IMG/VR virus record: IMGVR_UViG_3300019703_000001
Location: 1-64,000 of that record
Reading direction: 5' to 3' (one strand)
DNA length: 64,000 nucleotides
Source: a virus
Lineage: Duplodnaviria; Caudoviricetes
A program made the translations under genes and the position numbers. Below are positions 1-9,637 of this stretch, piece by piece. How positions within the stretch are numbered: the first letter of the stretch is position 1; every line of letters starts with the position of its first letter. A model generated the notes under the pieces. It had not been told where the DNA came from. It was given only the letters and a program-made list of their open reading frames with translations, and did not search any database.

Positions 1-344
1 CCATTGTCTTCTTGAAAATTAAAGATTAAATTATCAATATAACCAAAAGACCCTACATCATAATATTCAGAACTTACCGGTGTAACTTTTTCAAACCAAT
101 CAAGATCAAAACGATTTTGTCTATGTTCAACGAAATCAATATGAAAATATTTTTGTCCACGTTTAAGTAAGGTTAATTTGCCGGGATTATTTATGTTGTC
201 AAACAATAGGAAAATATTTTCAACAGTATAGATTTCCATGTCTTCTTCACTTTTAAATAAAAAATCATTTTCAGATTCATATTTTTCCCGGCCATAATCT
301 GAAAATCGCACTTTATCCCCCGGTTTGATTCTTGTTTCTTTCAT
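1..344 (-). CDS. hypothetical protein, 3'-truncated by window edge (MKETRIKPGDKVRF...)
   Basis: Read manually; GGAGG SD upstream of ATG at 344; frame open to position 1. Confidence 0.7.
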   Translation of the reverse strand, partial: MKETRIKPGDKVRFSDYGREKYESENDFLFKSEEDMEIYTVENIFLLFDNINNPGKLTLLKRGQKYFHIDFVEHRQNRFDLDWFEKVTPVSSEYYDVGSFGYIDNLIFNFQEDN

Positions 345-490
345 ATTAAGCCTCCTTTGAGATATAATTTTATTTTAAAACCATTACACAGGGCTTCTGT
401 ATAGCCTTTAAGTACCGTGAAAATGATTTTTTGAGTCAATTTTTTATTTAAAAGCCCATACAGGCCCTTAAAAACAGCGTTTTTTAGTCT

Positions 491-520
491 AATATGACAT
501 AATTTCCCTTTTGTCCTATT
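491..520 (-). repeat. 12-6-12 dyad site A (dif-like)
   Basis: Minus strand AATAGGACAAAA-GGGAAA-TTATGTCATATT followed by AGACT; arms 10/12 inverted match. Confidence 0.85.
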
Positions 521-526
521 GGGATT

Positions 527-874
527 TTACATTGAATAGTTAATAAAAACAAAATACGCATTGCATGGATATACCCGTACTCCATAAAAAGAGTCTCCCT
601 CAATTCCGGGTGGTTCTTGATTAACATAATATTTTAAAGCTATTTTTGAACATTCTTGACCACTATTCAAAAATGTTTCGTCAGGAGCGCAGTCTTTACA
701 AAAACACATTTCAAGATACACCGGATCATCACATAAATTATCCCACTTTAAAAAAGACATGTCTTCAATATCTTTTTTGCTTATTATTTTAGAAATCATA
801 AAAGAATCAAAAGAATCCTTTATGGTCATAAAACAATTGATTAAATCTTCTAAAGAAATTTTATTCTCTATCAT
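527..874 (-). CDS. hypothetical protein
   Basis: ORF track; GGAGG SD. Confidence 0.7.
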   Translation of the reverse strand: MIENKISLEDLINCFMTIKDSFDSFMISKIISKKDIEDMSFLKWDNLCDDPVYLEMCFCKDCAPDETFLNSGQECSKIALKYYVNQEPPGIEGDSFYGVRVYPCNAYFVFINYSM

Positions 875-888
875 ATCGTACCTCCCTT

Positions 889-1257
889 TTATTTTTTACG
901 AACATAGCTTCTGAACTCATCCCTTGTTTCAGCAGGCCCCAAAGTTTCTCTATATTCTTTCAGGAGTCTTACTATATTTTCAGCCCCTTTTTTAGCTTCT
1001 TGATAAGTGCCTACATTGCTAAAAATATAGTATTTCCATTCATTGAATCCAATAAAAGACACGCAATGCCATAAAGGGCATTCTTCACAACATCGATAAA
1101 ATTCACAACAAGGGCACTGGCTTGTCATATCTTTTATTTTATCCCACATGGACAATTTTTCTTTTCCAATTGGAAAGCGTTCAATAAGTTCAGTCCAAAT
1201 CTCAATGCTTAAATCAATGGTTTCAATTTCAGTCATCTGAGTTCTCCTTTGTTTCAT
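889..1257 (-). CDS. hypothetical Cys-rich protein
   Basis: CPCCEFYRCCEECPLWHC motif. Confidence 0.7.
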   Translation of the reverse strand: MKQRRTQMTEIETIDLSIEIWTELIERFPIGKEKLSMWDKIKDMTSQCPCCEFYRCCEECPLWHCVSFIGFNEWKYYIFSNVGTYQEAKKGAENIVRLLKEYRETLGPAETRDEFRSYVRKK

Positions 1258-1423
1258 TTAAAATTAAAGTAGCATCAGCAGGGATCTTTATTTGTATCGG
1301 TCTGGAAACTGAGGCGGCTGATAATTCCTTTTCAAATATTTTAAGAGCATCAGTGTATCCTTTTTTATATGCTTCATGAGCGACTTTATCACAATTTGGG
1401 CAATGGGTTATTGTACTGGTCAT
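1229..1423 (-). CDS. hypothetical protein
   Basis: ORF with AAGGAG SD; CPNC motif. Confidence 0.65.
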   Translation of the reverse strand: MTSTITHCPNCDKVAHEAYKKGYTDALKIFEKELSAASVSRPIQIKIPADATLILNETKENSDD

Positions 1424-1452
1424 GTGGTTTCTCCTTAAATTTAATTAATTAC

Positions 1453-1481
1453 AATATAATATCTTATCTTGTTTTTGTCAA
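1453..1481 (-). promoter_or_regulatory. sigma70-type promoter with AAGAY repeats in spacer
   Basis: TTGACA-aaaacaagataagatat(17)-TATATT. Confidence 0.8.
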
Positions 1482-1649
1482 CAAAAAAAGTAATTTTATT
1501 TGAATTTTATAAATAAGCCACAGCGGATTAAACCGGCCTAAAGGTCCAATGTCCCATTTAAGAAATTTCCAGTCAACGCTGGACCCTCCGCCGATGCTCC
1601 AGCGTTCCCAACTCTAAAATAAAAAACGTCCTGAATTTTTATTCTTCAT
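1464..1649 (-). pseudogene. small ORF interrupted by in-frame TAG at codon 12
   Basis: AGAGGAG SD, MKNKNSGRFLF*SWERWSIGGGSSVDWKFLKWDIGP...; frame stays open ~50 codons past the TAG. Confidence 0.4.
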
Positions 1650-1815
1650 GCTTTTTCTCCTCTACTGATTTATACCCCACAGGAGGCTTTAATGTCCTGT
1701 CTATATTTGCCCTTATACAAAAAATCATTTGAATGTAAGGGCTATATTTCAAAAAACATTTAAAGCACTCTTCTGAGGTTACATTTTTATTTAGTTTATG
1801 ACAAAAATTTTTCAT
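1639..1815 (-). CDS. 58-aa hypothetical protein (below ORF-track cutoff)
   Basis: ATGA overlap with recombinase stop; MKNFCHKLNKNVTSEECFKC... Confidence 0.5.
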   Translation of the reverse strand: MKNFCHKLNKNVTSEECFKCFLKYSPYIQMIFCIRANIDRTLKPPVGYKSVEEKKHEE

Positions 1816-2711
1816 ATCTTAATATTTGCATTTTCAGGGGCAAGTTTCGTGTCCACATACCTCATTGTTGTTGATATATTTCTATGATGAAGAGATAAGC
1901 TGACCTCTTTAATTGGACGGCCCTCTACATTGATTTTATGCGTAGCGTACAAATGTCTAAGCATATGCGGGTGAACATGTTTGTCAATCGTTCGCTTAAA
2001 GAAGTCAACGATTTCAGCGTAAATATATTTTCTTGAATAATAGCTCCCTTTTTTGGAATAGAAAAGAGTGTCCCGGTCATCTCTATCCGGGAAAACTTCT
2101 TTTATTCTTTCATACAATTCTTTATCAAGATAGACAAAATCTTCAACTTTTCCCTTGCCTCTTGTCGTTATCAATATTTTATCCTTATTGTAATTATCAT
2201 TAATATCTGAGTTTTTAATCCCTATAAGAGATGAGACCCGTAAACCGGTTGCAACAAATGCCTCTATTATTAGCATTATTCGGGCGGTTCGATCAGTGTG
2301 ATGTTTTTTTTGATACCCTCTTTTAAAAGCTTTTTGAACGTCTTTTAATGTTATGGAGATCTTAAATTCTCTTGATGTGCGTCTTTGGATGTTATGAAAT
2401 TCCTTTAAAACTGCCACAGGATTTTGTTCTATCTCGCCTACAGATGCTAAAACTCTGAATAGTTTTGACAAAGAAGCTACTCGCCTATTGATGGTGTTGC
2501 CCTTAAAGCCTTGCGTTTCCATATGCTTAATATATCCGGCAAGGTCATCAGGGGTAACTTGCTCAGGAGGCTTATTGACGAATTTAAAAAATAAGTCATA
2601 ATCTGATTTATAGGCTGATTGTGTCTGTGGTGATAATAAATTCCAAGCGGTTTCTTTTTTATCAATTTCTAAGGGCTGATCTTTTTTAACAGCAATTTCG
2701 TTTTTTTTCAT
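1812..2711 (-). CDS. XerC/D-like tyrosine recombinase
   Basis: TGLRVS, RGKG, HPHMLRH, LHH...TTMRY catalytic set; SAM-like N-domain; 299 aa, no arm-binding domain. Confidence 0.93.
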   Translation of the reverse strand: MKKNEIAVKKDQPLEIDKKETAWNLLSPQTQSAYKSDYDLFFKFVNKPPEQVTPDDLAGYIKHMETQGFKGNTINRRVASLSKLFRVLASVGEIEQNPVAVLKEFHNIQRRTSREFKISITLKDVQKAFKRGYQKKHHTDRTARIMLIIEAFVATGLRVSSLIGIKNSDINDNYNKDKILITTRGKGKVEDFVYLDKELYERIKEVFPDRDDRDTLFYSKKGSYYSRKYIYAEIVDFFKRTIDKHVHPHMLRHLYATHKINVEGRPIKEVSLSLHHRNISTTMRYVDTKLAPENANIKI

Positions 2712-2724
2712 TTTTCTTTCCTTT

Positions 2725-4473
2725 TTAAAAAATTAATTCTGATACATCTTCAATCTCTTCAACTGGTATAATGCTATTGTCAGGTTCATCCGGTTCGTCC
2801 GGAACCTCAAAGGAATAGCCTTTGATTACGGGATATTTTGGATTTATATCAACTGTGATTTTAAAGGGATTTAAGATTTGATCTGATACTTTGTAAACGT
2901 CCTCTGAGGTCTGCAAACCGGCGGCAATATGTTCAGGTAGTCGTAGTTTTAGCCAATTACGAGCATGTGCTGTGCCCCCGCCTCCGTGCTCAATACAAAT
3001 ATAATCACGAAAAATTAGTCCCTCTCCTGTGTAGTAGCTTGCTTTCACAGACCTCGGTTTCCCTTTTTTATAGTGATAACTGTAGTCTGTGTGATCAACT
3101 GTATACTCCTGTAGGGGCTTGATAGTGCTTATAATTTCCCCCGTACTTGCCGTCTCATCATGTTTGACCCCGTCTCCGAACTTGTAACCGCAGGTAGGGC
3201 AGGTTTTAACGGACACATGTAATCCCGGATTACCGCATTCAGGGCAGTCTTTTGTCGGAACCTCAAAGGTTTGTGAGCTTTTAGGCTTTTTAGATTTAAC
3301 CTCTATCTTGTCAATAGGCCCAAAATAGTCTATATTCCCGGCAAAGTCTAAAACTAAACAGTCTAATTTATCCGGGTGTAACCTGCTGCCCCGGCCTATC
3401 ATTTGTATTAACAGAGAGGCGCTTTTTGTGCCTCTTAAAAGCACAATGCAGTCAATTCTTTTTTCGTTAAAACCGGTTGTAAGTTTGTCTACATTAACAA
3501 GACATTTGATCCTGCCTTCTTTAAAATCTGAAATAGCTTTATCATTAGTCTTTTCGCCTCTTTTTGAATGTGTAAAATCAGCCGAAAAACCTTGTCTGAT
3601 TAGCTCCTCTGTGACTTTTTCGCAGTGGTCAATCCCGGCGGTAAAAACAAGAATTTTCTTTCTCTCTGAGGCTTTTTCAACAATTTCAGAGACAGCTTTT
3701 CTGATTAAGTCGTTTTCTAAAAAGACCTCCTGCATTTGCCCTTGATTATATTCCCCCGCCACGTCCCCGACTTTTGACATATCGGCTTGATTTTCCGCAG
3801 GTGTAGAAACTAAATTACAAAGGTACTGTTTATCGTCTAAATTTCGGGGGTCATCAGGATTTATGAGCTCGGTTATTGTTGTCTTGTGACATATGTAGTG
3901 AAACATTCGGTCGTCACCCTCATGAAGCAGACCGGATTTAAGTCTGAATTCTGTGGCCGTCAAGCCTGCTGTAATGCACCGGGGATTTATTTCCTTCATA
4001 TCTGATAAAAAACGCCCGTACATTTTTTTTGCCTTTCGACTGACTCGGTGTGATTCATCAATTATAATCAGATCAAAAAAGCCAAGTTCCCACGCTCTCC
4101 TGTGTACAGATTGAACCCCTGCAAAAAGTACCCTGTTTCTTGTGTCCCGTCTTTTTAACCCGGCTGAATAAATACCAACATCAAAAAATGGGTTCCCCAT
4201 ACAATTATCAAATAATTCATTGTAATTTTGTTTGATAAGTTCACTTTGATGAGTAAGAAGTAAAACCCTCGTATTCGCAAATTGCATCATACGTTTTATT
4301 ATCATAGCCTGTACAAGGGATTTCCCGGCCCCGGTTGGCAGCACAATCAGGGGATTTAAACCATAGTTTTCAGGGTTTGAAATTCCATTGAAAAAACCAT
4401 GATAAGCTTGATTTTGATAATAATAAGGATCATAGTTAAGCCCTAAGAAATTTTTTAAACAAATATTATTCAT
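2725..4473 (-). CDS. SF2 DEAD/H helicase (RadD/YejH-like) with C-terminal Zn finger
   Basis: PTGAGKS, DESH, TAT, QMIGRGSR; CPEC...CPTC. Confidence 0.92.
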   Translation of the reverse strand: MNNICLKNFLGLNYDPYYYQNQAYHGFFNGISNPENYGLNPLIVLPTGAGKSLVQAMIIKRMMQFANTRVLLLTHQSELIKQNYNELFDNCMGNPFFDVGIYSAGLKRRDTRNRVLFAGVQSVHRRAWELGFFDLIIIDESHRVSRKAKKMYGRFLSDMKEINPRCITAGLTATEFRLKSGLLHEGDDRMFHYICHKTTITELINPDDPRNLDDKQYLCNLVSTPAENQADMSKVGDVAGEYNQGQMQEVFLENDLIRKAVSEIVEKASERKKILVFTAGIDHCEKVTEELIRQGFSADFTHSKRGEKTNDKAISDFKEGRIKCLVNVDKLTTGFNEKRIDCIVLLRGTKSASLLIQMIGRGSRLHPDKLDCLVLDFAGNIDYFGPIDKIEVKSKKPKSSQTFEVPTKDCPECGNPGLHVSVKTCPTCGYKFGDGVKHDETASTGEIISTIKPLQEYTVDHTDYSYHYKKGKPRSVKASYYTGEGLIFRDYICIEHGGGGTAHARNWLKLRLPEHIAAGLQTSEDVYKVSDQILNPFKITVDINPKYPVIKGYSFEVPDEPDEPDNSIIPVEEIEDVSELIF

Positions 4474-5752
4474 TTTTTTTAGATTCCTGTAAAAACTCTT
4501 TATCTTTTTCTATTATCTCAGGGTCCACTTCAAGCGCAATTTCATTAAAGCCTTTTAGATAGATTCCCTCAAGTGCTGTGGCCCGTGATAATGCAACATA
4601 GCCCATGTTTTGCACAAACACATCTGTCAAATCAGTATTGACATAATTAAATGTAGCCCCTTGGCTTTTATGAACAGTCAAGGCCCACGCCAGTTTTAAC
4701 GGAAATTGCTCAATCCATGCGATTATCTTTTCGTATCCCCCGGCATTATATTCAGTTAGTTTCCATTTATGTCTGACTACACTGATCGTTTCTCTGGTCT
4801 TTAATGTTTTAATTTCAACATATCCGCCTGAAACTTCATCATGCATTCCGCTTAAATCAGTAACTTCGGCCAATGTCCCATTAACAAGCCCGGTCCGGGG
4901 GTCATTGATAAGATGCATGACCTTCGCCCCTTCTTTTAATAGCAGTGTTTCAGGGGCTAAACATGCTTTTTTTAAGCCATTTATATGAAAAACCTGAGCT
5001 CTTTTGTCGTGTGTCATGTAACTAAAAGAAGGATCGCCTTCGAGTTGATTTAATTCATACAAATTCATTGCATCAACGTCAACGTTTTTACAATACAGAT
5101 TAACAGCATCGTCCGTATGTTTGAAGTTTTGAGACAACCCTTTTAACACTTCTATTTGTTCAGATGTAACCTGATTGCGCCTGATATTGTTTAAAATGTC
5201 AATTAAAACAGTATCATTTTGTCTGTATATTTTTTTTAAATAACAGACTTTAAAGTTAGCTGCGGCCCAACTTTTAGCATAAAAACAATAATCTATTTGA
5301 GGATTTTTAGACTTTTCAACCGGGGGCAATTGAAAAAAGTCTCCACACACAATAACCTGTAATCCCCCGAAAGGCTTGTCTCCTGTTTTTAAGAATCTAC
5401 AGACCTGATCAACAAGATCAAGTCTGCAATTATCCAGCATGGATAATTCATCTATTATTAGAACATTCATACCCGCAATTCTGCGAAAAGAGTATGGATT
5501 ATTTCTTAATGCATGCAAATCGTCTATAATAAGCTTCTCTTTTATCCCTATTCCGGCCCATGAGTGGATTGTTTTTCCGTCAATATGAGTAGCCGCAATG
5601 CCTGTACTTGCCGTCACTGCCACTTTTTTCCCTTTACCTTTTAATTTCTTGATGATCTTATTAAGGGTGTAGCTTTTACCCGTCCCGGCTTTACCGGTTA
5701 TAAATAGGTTATGACCGTCAAGGGCTAATTTAATGGCTTGTTTTTGGTCCAT
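4466..5752 (-). CDS. Pif1/RecD-like SF1B helicase
   Basis: GKAGTGKS, STGIAA, IDELSM, GDFFQLPPV, HKSQGAT, YVALSRA. Confidence 0.93.
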   Translation of the reverse strand: MDQKQAIKLALDGHNLFITGKAGTGKSYTLNKIIKKLKGKGKKVAVTASTGIAATHIDGKTIHSWAGIGIKEKLIIDDLHALRNNPYSFRRIAGMNVLIIDELSMLDNCRLDLVDQVCRFLKTGDKPFGGLQVIVCGDFFQLPPVEKSKNPQIDYCFYAKSWAAANFKVCYLKKIYRQNDTVLIDILNNIRRNQVTSEQIEVLKGLSQNFKHTDDAVNLYCKNVDVDAMNLYELNQLEGDPSFSYMTHDKRAQVFHINGLKKACLAPETLLLKEGAKVMHLINDPRTGLVNGTLAEVTDLSGMHDEVSGGYVEIKTLKTRETISVVRHKWKLTEYNAGGYEKIIAWIEQFPLKLAWALTVHKSQGATFNYVNTDLTDVFVQNMGYVALSRATALEGIYLKGFNEIALEVDPEIIEKDKEFLQESKKNE

Positions 5753-6210
5753 TATGACTCCTTGAAAATTTTTGTATAATTACACCCTTTTACTGGACAT
5801 GTAAAGACATTCTTGACTTTAGTTTTTACAATTAAAACTTTATGTTTAGGGCAAAGCTCAAAGCAACCCGGCCCATTATCTTTAAACTGCAAGGTCAACA
5901 GTTGATTAAATATTTCAAAAAAGACAGAAATTATTTTTTCTTGATCTTTTTTTGGTAGTTTGATTGGCGTTTTGGAAAACCGACAATCAAACTCCTCTAA
6001 ATTTGAACTTCGCAAATTATGTGTTATATTCTCTTTTAAGTCATCATATATAGTTTTTTTAATCTCTTCTAAAGATCCATTGCAAATTAAAAAATCCTCT
6101 AAATCTATATAGCTGCCTAATATTTTGTTATTAAATTCAAACAGAATATAAAATCTCTGAAATCTTCCTGTTTTTGCTGCTAATAATACTTTTTCTTCTG
6201 TTATTTCCAT
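5752..6210 (-). CDS. hypothetical protein with C-terminal Zn ribbon
   Basis: CPKH...CPVKGC; translational coupling. Confidence 0.7.
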   Translation of the reverse strand: MEITEEKVLLAAKTGRFQRFYILFEFNNKILGSYIDLEDFLICNGSLEEIKKTIYDDLKENITHNLRSSNLEEFDCRFSKTPIKLPKKDQEKIISVFFEIFNQLLTLQFKDNGPGCFELCPKHKVLIVKTKVKNVFTCPVKGCNYTKIFKES

Positions 6211-6222
6211 ATTAAGCCACCC

Positions 6223-7239
6223 TTAAAATATTTTGTCCACAATAGACATTACATACCCACTTGTAATTTGAAAGTTAGGGTCTTCCTGCTGCTGCCGCCT
6301 AAACTGTTCAATAAGATTCATAAAATAGATAGAATCCACACCGATTAGCTGATCCTCAAGGGTGTTAATGTCAGTTAAATCAAGTTGACTGATCTGAAAG
6401 CACATTTTTAACAACTGCCCGGCGTTTATGGTCCAGCCCCGTTCTATAAATTTACGAACCCGAAAAATTGAACACACAGGATATAAGCTCCCGCTGTATC
6501 TCAAAGTTTTATTTATAACATGCTCATAAACAATTTTAGGAATATCAAGGGTGTTGTTGTAATTATCATAATACGCCTTTGTGTGTTCAAAATCATAGGT
6601 TTCGTGTATTTTGTCCGGTTCCCCGTAAAACCTGACAACAATTTGAATGCCGTTTGACAGTGTAATTGCATTTGAAGAGATAAAAACCGGGAAATATTTC
6701 TTTTTCTCCTTTTTTATTATATCATCAGCTTTTGTTTCGTCAAGTTCTTCTATTATTGTTTCGGATATTATTTTGGAACTACCCATGCCAAGCTCTTCAT
6801 TAGCATTGACTTCGGCGGGATCTCCAGTTATTCCATCACTGGGGAAAATCATTTTAATACGTTCGGGAGGGCAATTTGACAACATAACTGCCTGACTGTC
6901 TTTTATGTCTGTAACACCAAAGTAACTCAATATTTCTTTTGAGGGGTTGGCTCCATCTAAAACAAATATTTTTGTTTTATAGCCGATTTTATTTTCTTGC
7001 CCTTCGTGCGCCTCATTCCACTTTTTGGCATAATATTCAGCCACAACTAAAATAGATTCCTTTGTCCTGAAATAACAATCAAAATCATTCGGTGTTTCAT
7101 TTTGAATCATAGACGTAAAACATCCGCCTGTGATAATTAGATCCTTTTCAATTGCATATTTGACTTTGTCATCGTCAATAGTTTCAATCCATTGGTTAAT
7201 CTTTTTTTTGATAATTTGTTTCATTGTTTTTTCTAACAT
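6223..7239 (-). CDS. phage nucleotidyltransferase-like protein
   Basis: ITGGCFTS...NDFDCYF (GG..S, DxD) and YDFEH. Confidence 0.7.
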   Translation of the reverse strand: MLEKTMKQIIKKKINQWIETIDDDKVKYAIEKDLIITGGCFTSMIQNETPNDFDCYFRTKESILVVAEYYAKKWNEAHEGQENKIGYKTKIFVLDGANPSKEILSYFGVTDIKDSQAVMLSNCPPERIKMIFPSDGITGDPAEVNANEELGMGSSKIISETIIEELDETKADDIIKKEKKKYFPVFISSNAITLSNGIQIVVRFYGEPDKIHETYDFEHTKAYYDNYNNTLDIPKIVYEHVINKTLRYSGSLYPVCSIFRVRKFIERGWTINAGQLLKMCFQISQLDLTDINTLEDQLIGVDSIYFMNLIEQFRRQQQEDPNFQITSGYVMSIVDKIF

Positions 7240-7244
7240 ACTTT

Positions 7245-8426
7245 TTACTCTCCTTTGTTTTCAAATTCTTTTACTGTTTCCCACCTTTTCGGGATGTCAT
7301 CAACAATAATTTCTCCTGAAAAAGCTTTCTGCACCTGCGCTGTTGCTGAGTTAGCGGGTAAAATTGAGTCAAGTTTTTTAATGTCTTCCCGCAGTTGCTT
7401 TGACGTAAAAAGCTGTAAGCTTTCATCTTTTTTTACAGTAGGAAAACCTGTGGCTGAACAATTTGCAAAGACCGCCCCGTTTTTATTTTTAAAAATAGTA
7501 CACTCCCTTTGTTGTTCTAATATTTCAGCCTGAATTAAAGCCGGGTTATAAACATGGTTGTTGCAGCCTACATTTAACATGTCCTTATCTATAATGCTAT
7601 TGTCATTGAGACATCTACTTTCCCCGTCTTTTATACATTCTCTGTACCGACATGTTTTACAGTGTACAAGCGGAAAGTAGTCAAAATGGCACAAATCTTT
7701 GTAAGCGCACCAACTACACGTTATATACTCGGGTCTTTCACATGTTTTTCCGGGCATAAAGTCAGGGTCAAAAATAATGCCCTGTGCCTTATCTATTAAA
7801 TAATTGGCTGTCTGTGCGCTGTATTCCGTCCGTGTGCTGGAATAATTGCGACCTCCGGGGCTTGTAACTGTAATAAAATGCCGTGTCATTTGACTACAAT
7901 GCATGTAGATTTGCCCCTGACAGTAATATATATAATCCCAGTTTTCAAGAGCGTTTTTGTCGCCATGTGTTTCTTTTGCTTTTAAGAATTTTCCGTATTT
8001 GTTCCCTCCGGTATTATCGCAGCTTTTATGCTCCCATATATGCCATGCTGTAGGGGCCTCTTTTATTCCCGTAATCATGCCGTCACAGTGGCCTAGAAAA
8101 TGCCCAAGAAGCATATTAAACCCTATTTGTGATCCGGGGTCTTTGTTAGGATCTTCTGTCAATAGCTTAATTCCCGGAACCATGCGCAAGCGTTCTGCCA
8201 TGACATCCTCTTGTATATAGCCGTCTTCTGTAGCTCTAACCCCTTTTGCATTCCATACTCTTGTTTCTGCATTGCGAAAAGAGTAAAACAAATGCCGGGA
8301 ACACTCGTGACCTATTTCAGACATCCCAAGATAATGCCGGGGATGTTCTTTGGCTTTTTTTCTTTCAAGGGCCTTGTCAACTTCGGCAAGCGTTTGATCT
8401 GTTAATATGTGATTTATTTCTGCCAT
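7245..8426 (-). CDS. Cas4-like PD-(D/E)XK exonuclease
   Basis: LGMSEIGHEC, GHCDG, WEHK, QGQIYMH, C..CSWCAYKDLC (probable Fe-S ligands). Confidence 0.85.
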   Translation of the reverse strand: MAEINHILTDQTLAEVDKALERKKAKEHPRHYLGMSEIGHECSRHLFYSFRNAETRVWNAKGVRATEDGYIQEDVMAERLRMVPGIKLLTEDPNKDPGSQIGFNMLLGHFLGHCDGMITGIKEAPTAWHIWEHKSCDNTGGNKYGKFLKAKETHGDKNALENWDYIYYCQGQIYMHCSQMTRHFITVTSPGGRNYSSTRTEYSAQTANYLIDKAQGIIFDPDFMPGKTCERPEYITCSWCAYKDLCHFDYFPLVHCKTCRYRECIKDGESRCLNDNSIIDKDMLNVGCNNHVYNPALIQAEILEQQRECTIFKNKNGAVFANCSATGFPTVKKDESLQLFTSKQLREDIKKLDSILPANSATAQVQKAFSGEIIVDDIPKRWETVKEFENKGE

Positions 8427-8593
8427 TATAGCCCCACCCCTGTTCCTATCATTGCGGCATCTATTATCGGATGAGTCGGTTTTAAGTACTCATAAAATTT
8501 TATGCCGAAGTAATGATCCAGTGAAACAGCTATTATTATTAGTAATATCAATATTAACAGCATTAAAAAAGTCTGTTTTGTTTTTTCTGTCAT
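8426..8593 (-). CDS. 55-aa membrane protein
   Basis: Read manually; hydrophobic helix; TAATG coupling to the Cas4-like gene. Confidence 0.6.
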   Translation of the reverse strand: MTEKTKQTFLMLLILILLIIIAVSLDHYFGIKFYEYLKPTHPIIDAAMIGTGVGL

Positions 8594-8614
8594 AATTATT
8601 CTCCTGAGTTGTTT

Positions 8615-8791
8615 TTAAAGCTGAGTCAATAGATAAAATATACCCCAAAGAAAACTAATTGAAAGGCTTTCATAGCCGGGATATATTGTACTTTTTCCAA
8701 CAAAAAAAATAGCAATCTTCATTAATGACCAAATAGTCATAATTAAAGCCAAAAATAAAAATATTGTTTTAAAAAAAATAAGTAGTGTCAT
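8615..8791 (-). CDS. 58-aa membrane protein
   Basis: Read manually; AGGAGG SD; two hydrophobic segments. Confidence 0.6.
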   Translation of the reverse strand: MTLLIFFKTIFLFLALIMTIWSLMKIAIFFVGKSTIYPGYESLSISFLWGIFYLLTQL

Positions 8792-8826
8792 AAATGAGCC
8801 TCCTGTTTTAAATTAATTTCTAATCT

Positions 8827-8862
8827 AATAAGACATAAAGCAAGCGTCTTGTCTTATGTCAA
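8827..8862 (-). repeat. variant dyad site H (8-bp spacer) overlapping a TTGACA box
   Basis: CATAAGACAAGA-CGCTTGCT-TTATGTCTTATT-AGA; TTGACA at 8857-8862. Confidence 0.6.
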
Positions 8863-8871
8863 GATATTTTT

Positions 8872-9090
8872 TTAATGGTATCTTAAATCCTGCCTGAGCC
8901 TGTCATGTTTATGCTCGCTATCATGGCTACAAAAAGTCATAAATCTTTTGTTTTTGTATTCGATTGAATCCCGAACTTTTGTACAACCCTTGCAAGTTAC
9001 TTCATCCCAGTCATCTGTAAGCTGCATCGAAAAGCTTCTTGGAATGTTACACATAGGCTTATTATCTTTATTCTTGTAGTGTATTGTCAT
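8872..9090 (-). CDS. hypothetical Zn-binding protein
   Basis: H...C...CKGC pattern. Confidence 0.6.
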   Translation of the reverse strand: MTIHYKNKDNKPMCNIPRSFSMQLTDDWDEVTCKGCTKVRDSIEYKNKRFMTFCSHDSEHKHDRLRQDLRYH

Positions 9091-9094
9091 AAAT

Positions 9095-9637
9095 TTATTC
9101 TCCTTTTTTTTGCATTATTTTAATAGTGTATTCGGCTTGCCAAATTGCATCAGCAAGAGCATTATGCTTAGTTGCTTCTTTTGGCAGTTCATGGTCTTCA
9201 AGTTTGGGCTGTGTATCTCTGAAAGTCCTGAAATCCCTTTCATTTTTAGACCATGGAAGATCTCTTATTGTTTTTTGAAAAGCTGATCTCAACCATATAA
9301 TATCCATGTATCCATTTGACCAAATTTTCAAATCTTTTTGATTTCCATATCTTTTTAAAAATGAAACAAGGTCATCAATAGCCTGATTGATATGAGTTTT
9401 TATTTTTTTGTTATCGAAAACTTTTCGGGCCTTTTCTGACTGCTGCATCCACCAACTTATGGTGTCACCGTCAATTGTCAGCCCTAAATCAATACATGAT
9501 TGGATATTTATCTCTCTATAGAAAGTGTTATTAAGGTCAATTCCTGTTTCATCAAAGTAAACCGCCCCGATTGACAAAATTACGGCATCATTTTTAAGAC
9601 CTAAAGTCTCAAGGTCTATCATTACATTGTTTTTCAT
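9095..9637 (-). CDS. DEDDh 3'-5' exonuclease (Rv2179c-like)
   Basis: MIDLETLG, SNGYMD, HNALADA. Confidence 0.9.
   Translation of the reverse strand: MKNNVMIDLETLGLKNDAVILSIGAVYFDETGIDLNNTFYREINIQSCIDLGLTIDGDTISWWMQQSEKARKVFDNKKIKTHINQAIDDLVSFLKRYGNQKDLKIWSNGYMDIIWLRSAFQKTIRDLPWSKNERDFRTFRDTQPKLEDHELPKEATKHNALADAIWQAEYTIKIMQKKGE

Noticed and set aside
1812-2711. Integron integrase IntI
   Set aside because: Only ~63 aa between the catalytic Lys and HxxR, so the IntI-specific insertion is absent.
7245-8426. CRISPR-Cas locus
   Set aside because: The Cas4-like gene stands alone; there is no cas1/cas2 and no regularly spaced repeat-spacer array. The repeats found are separated by whole genes.
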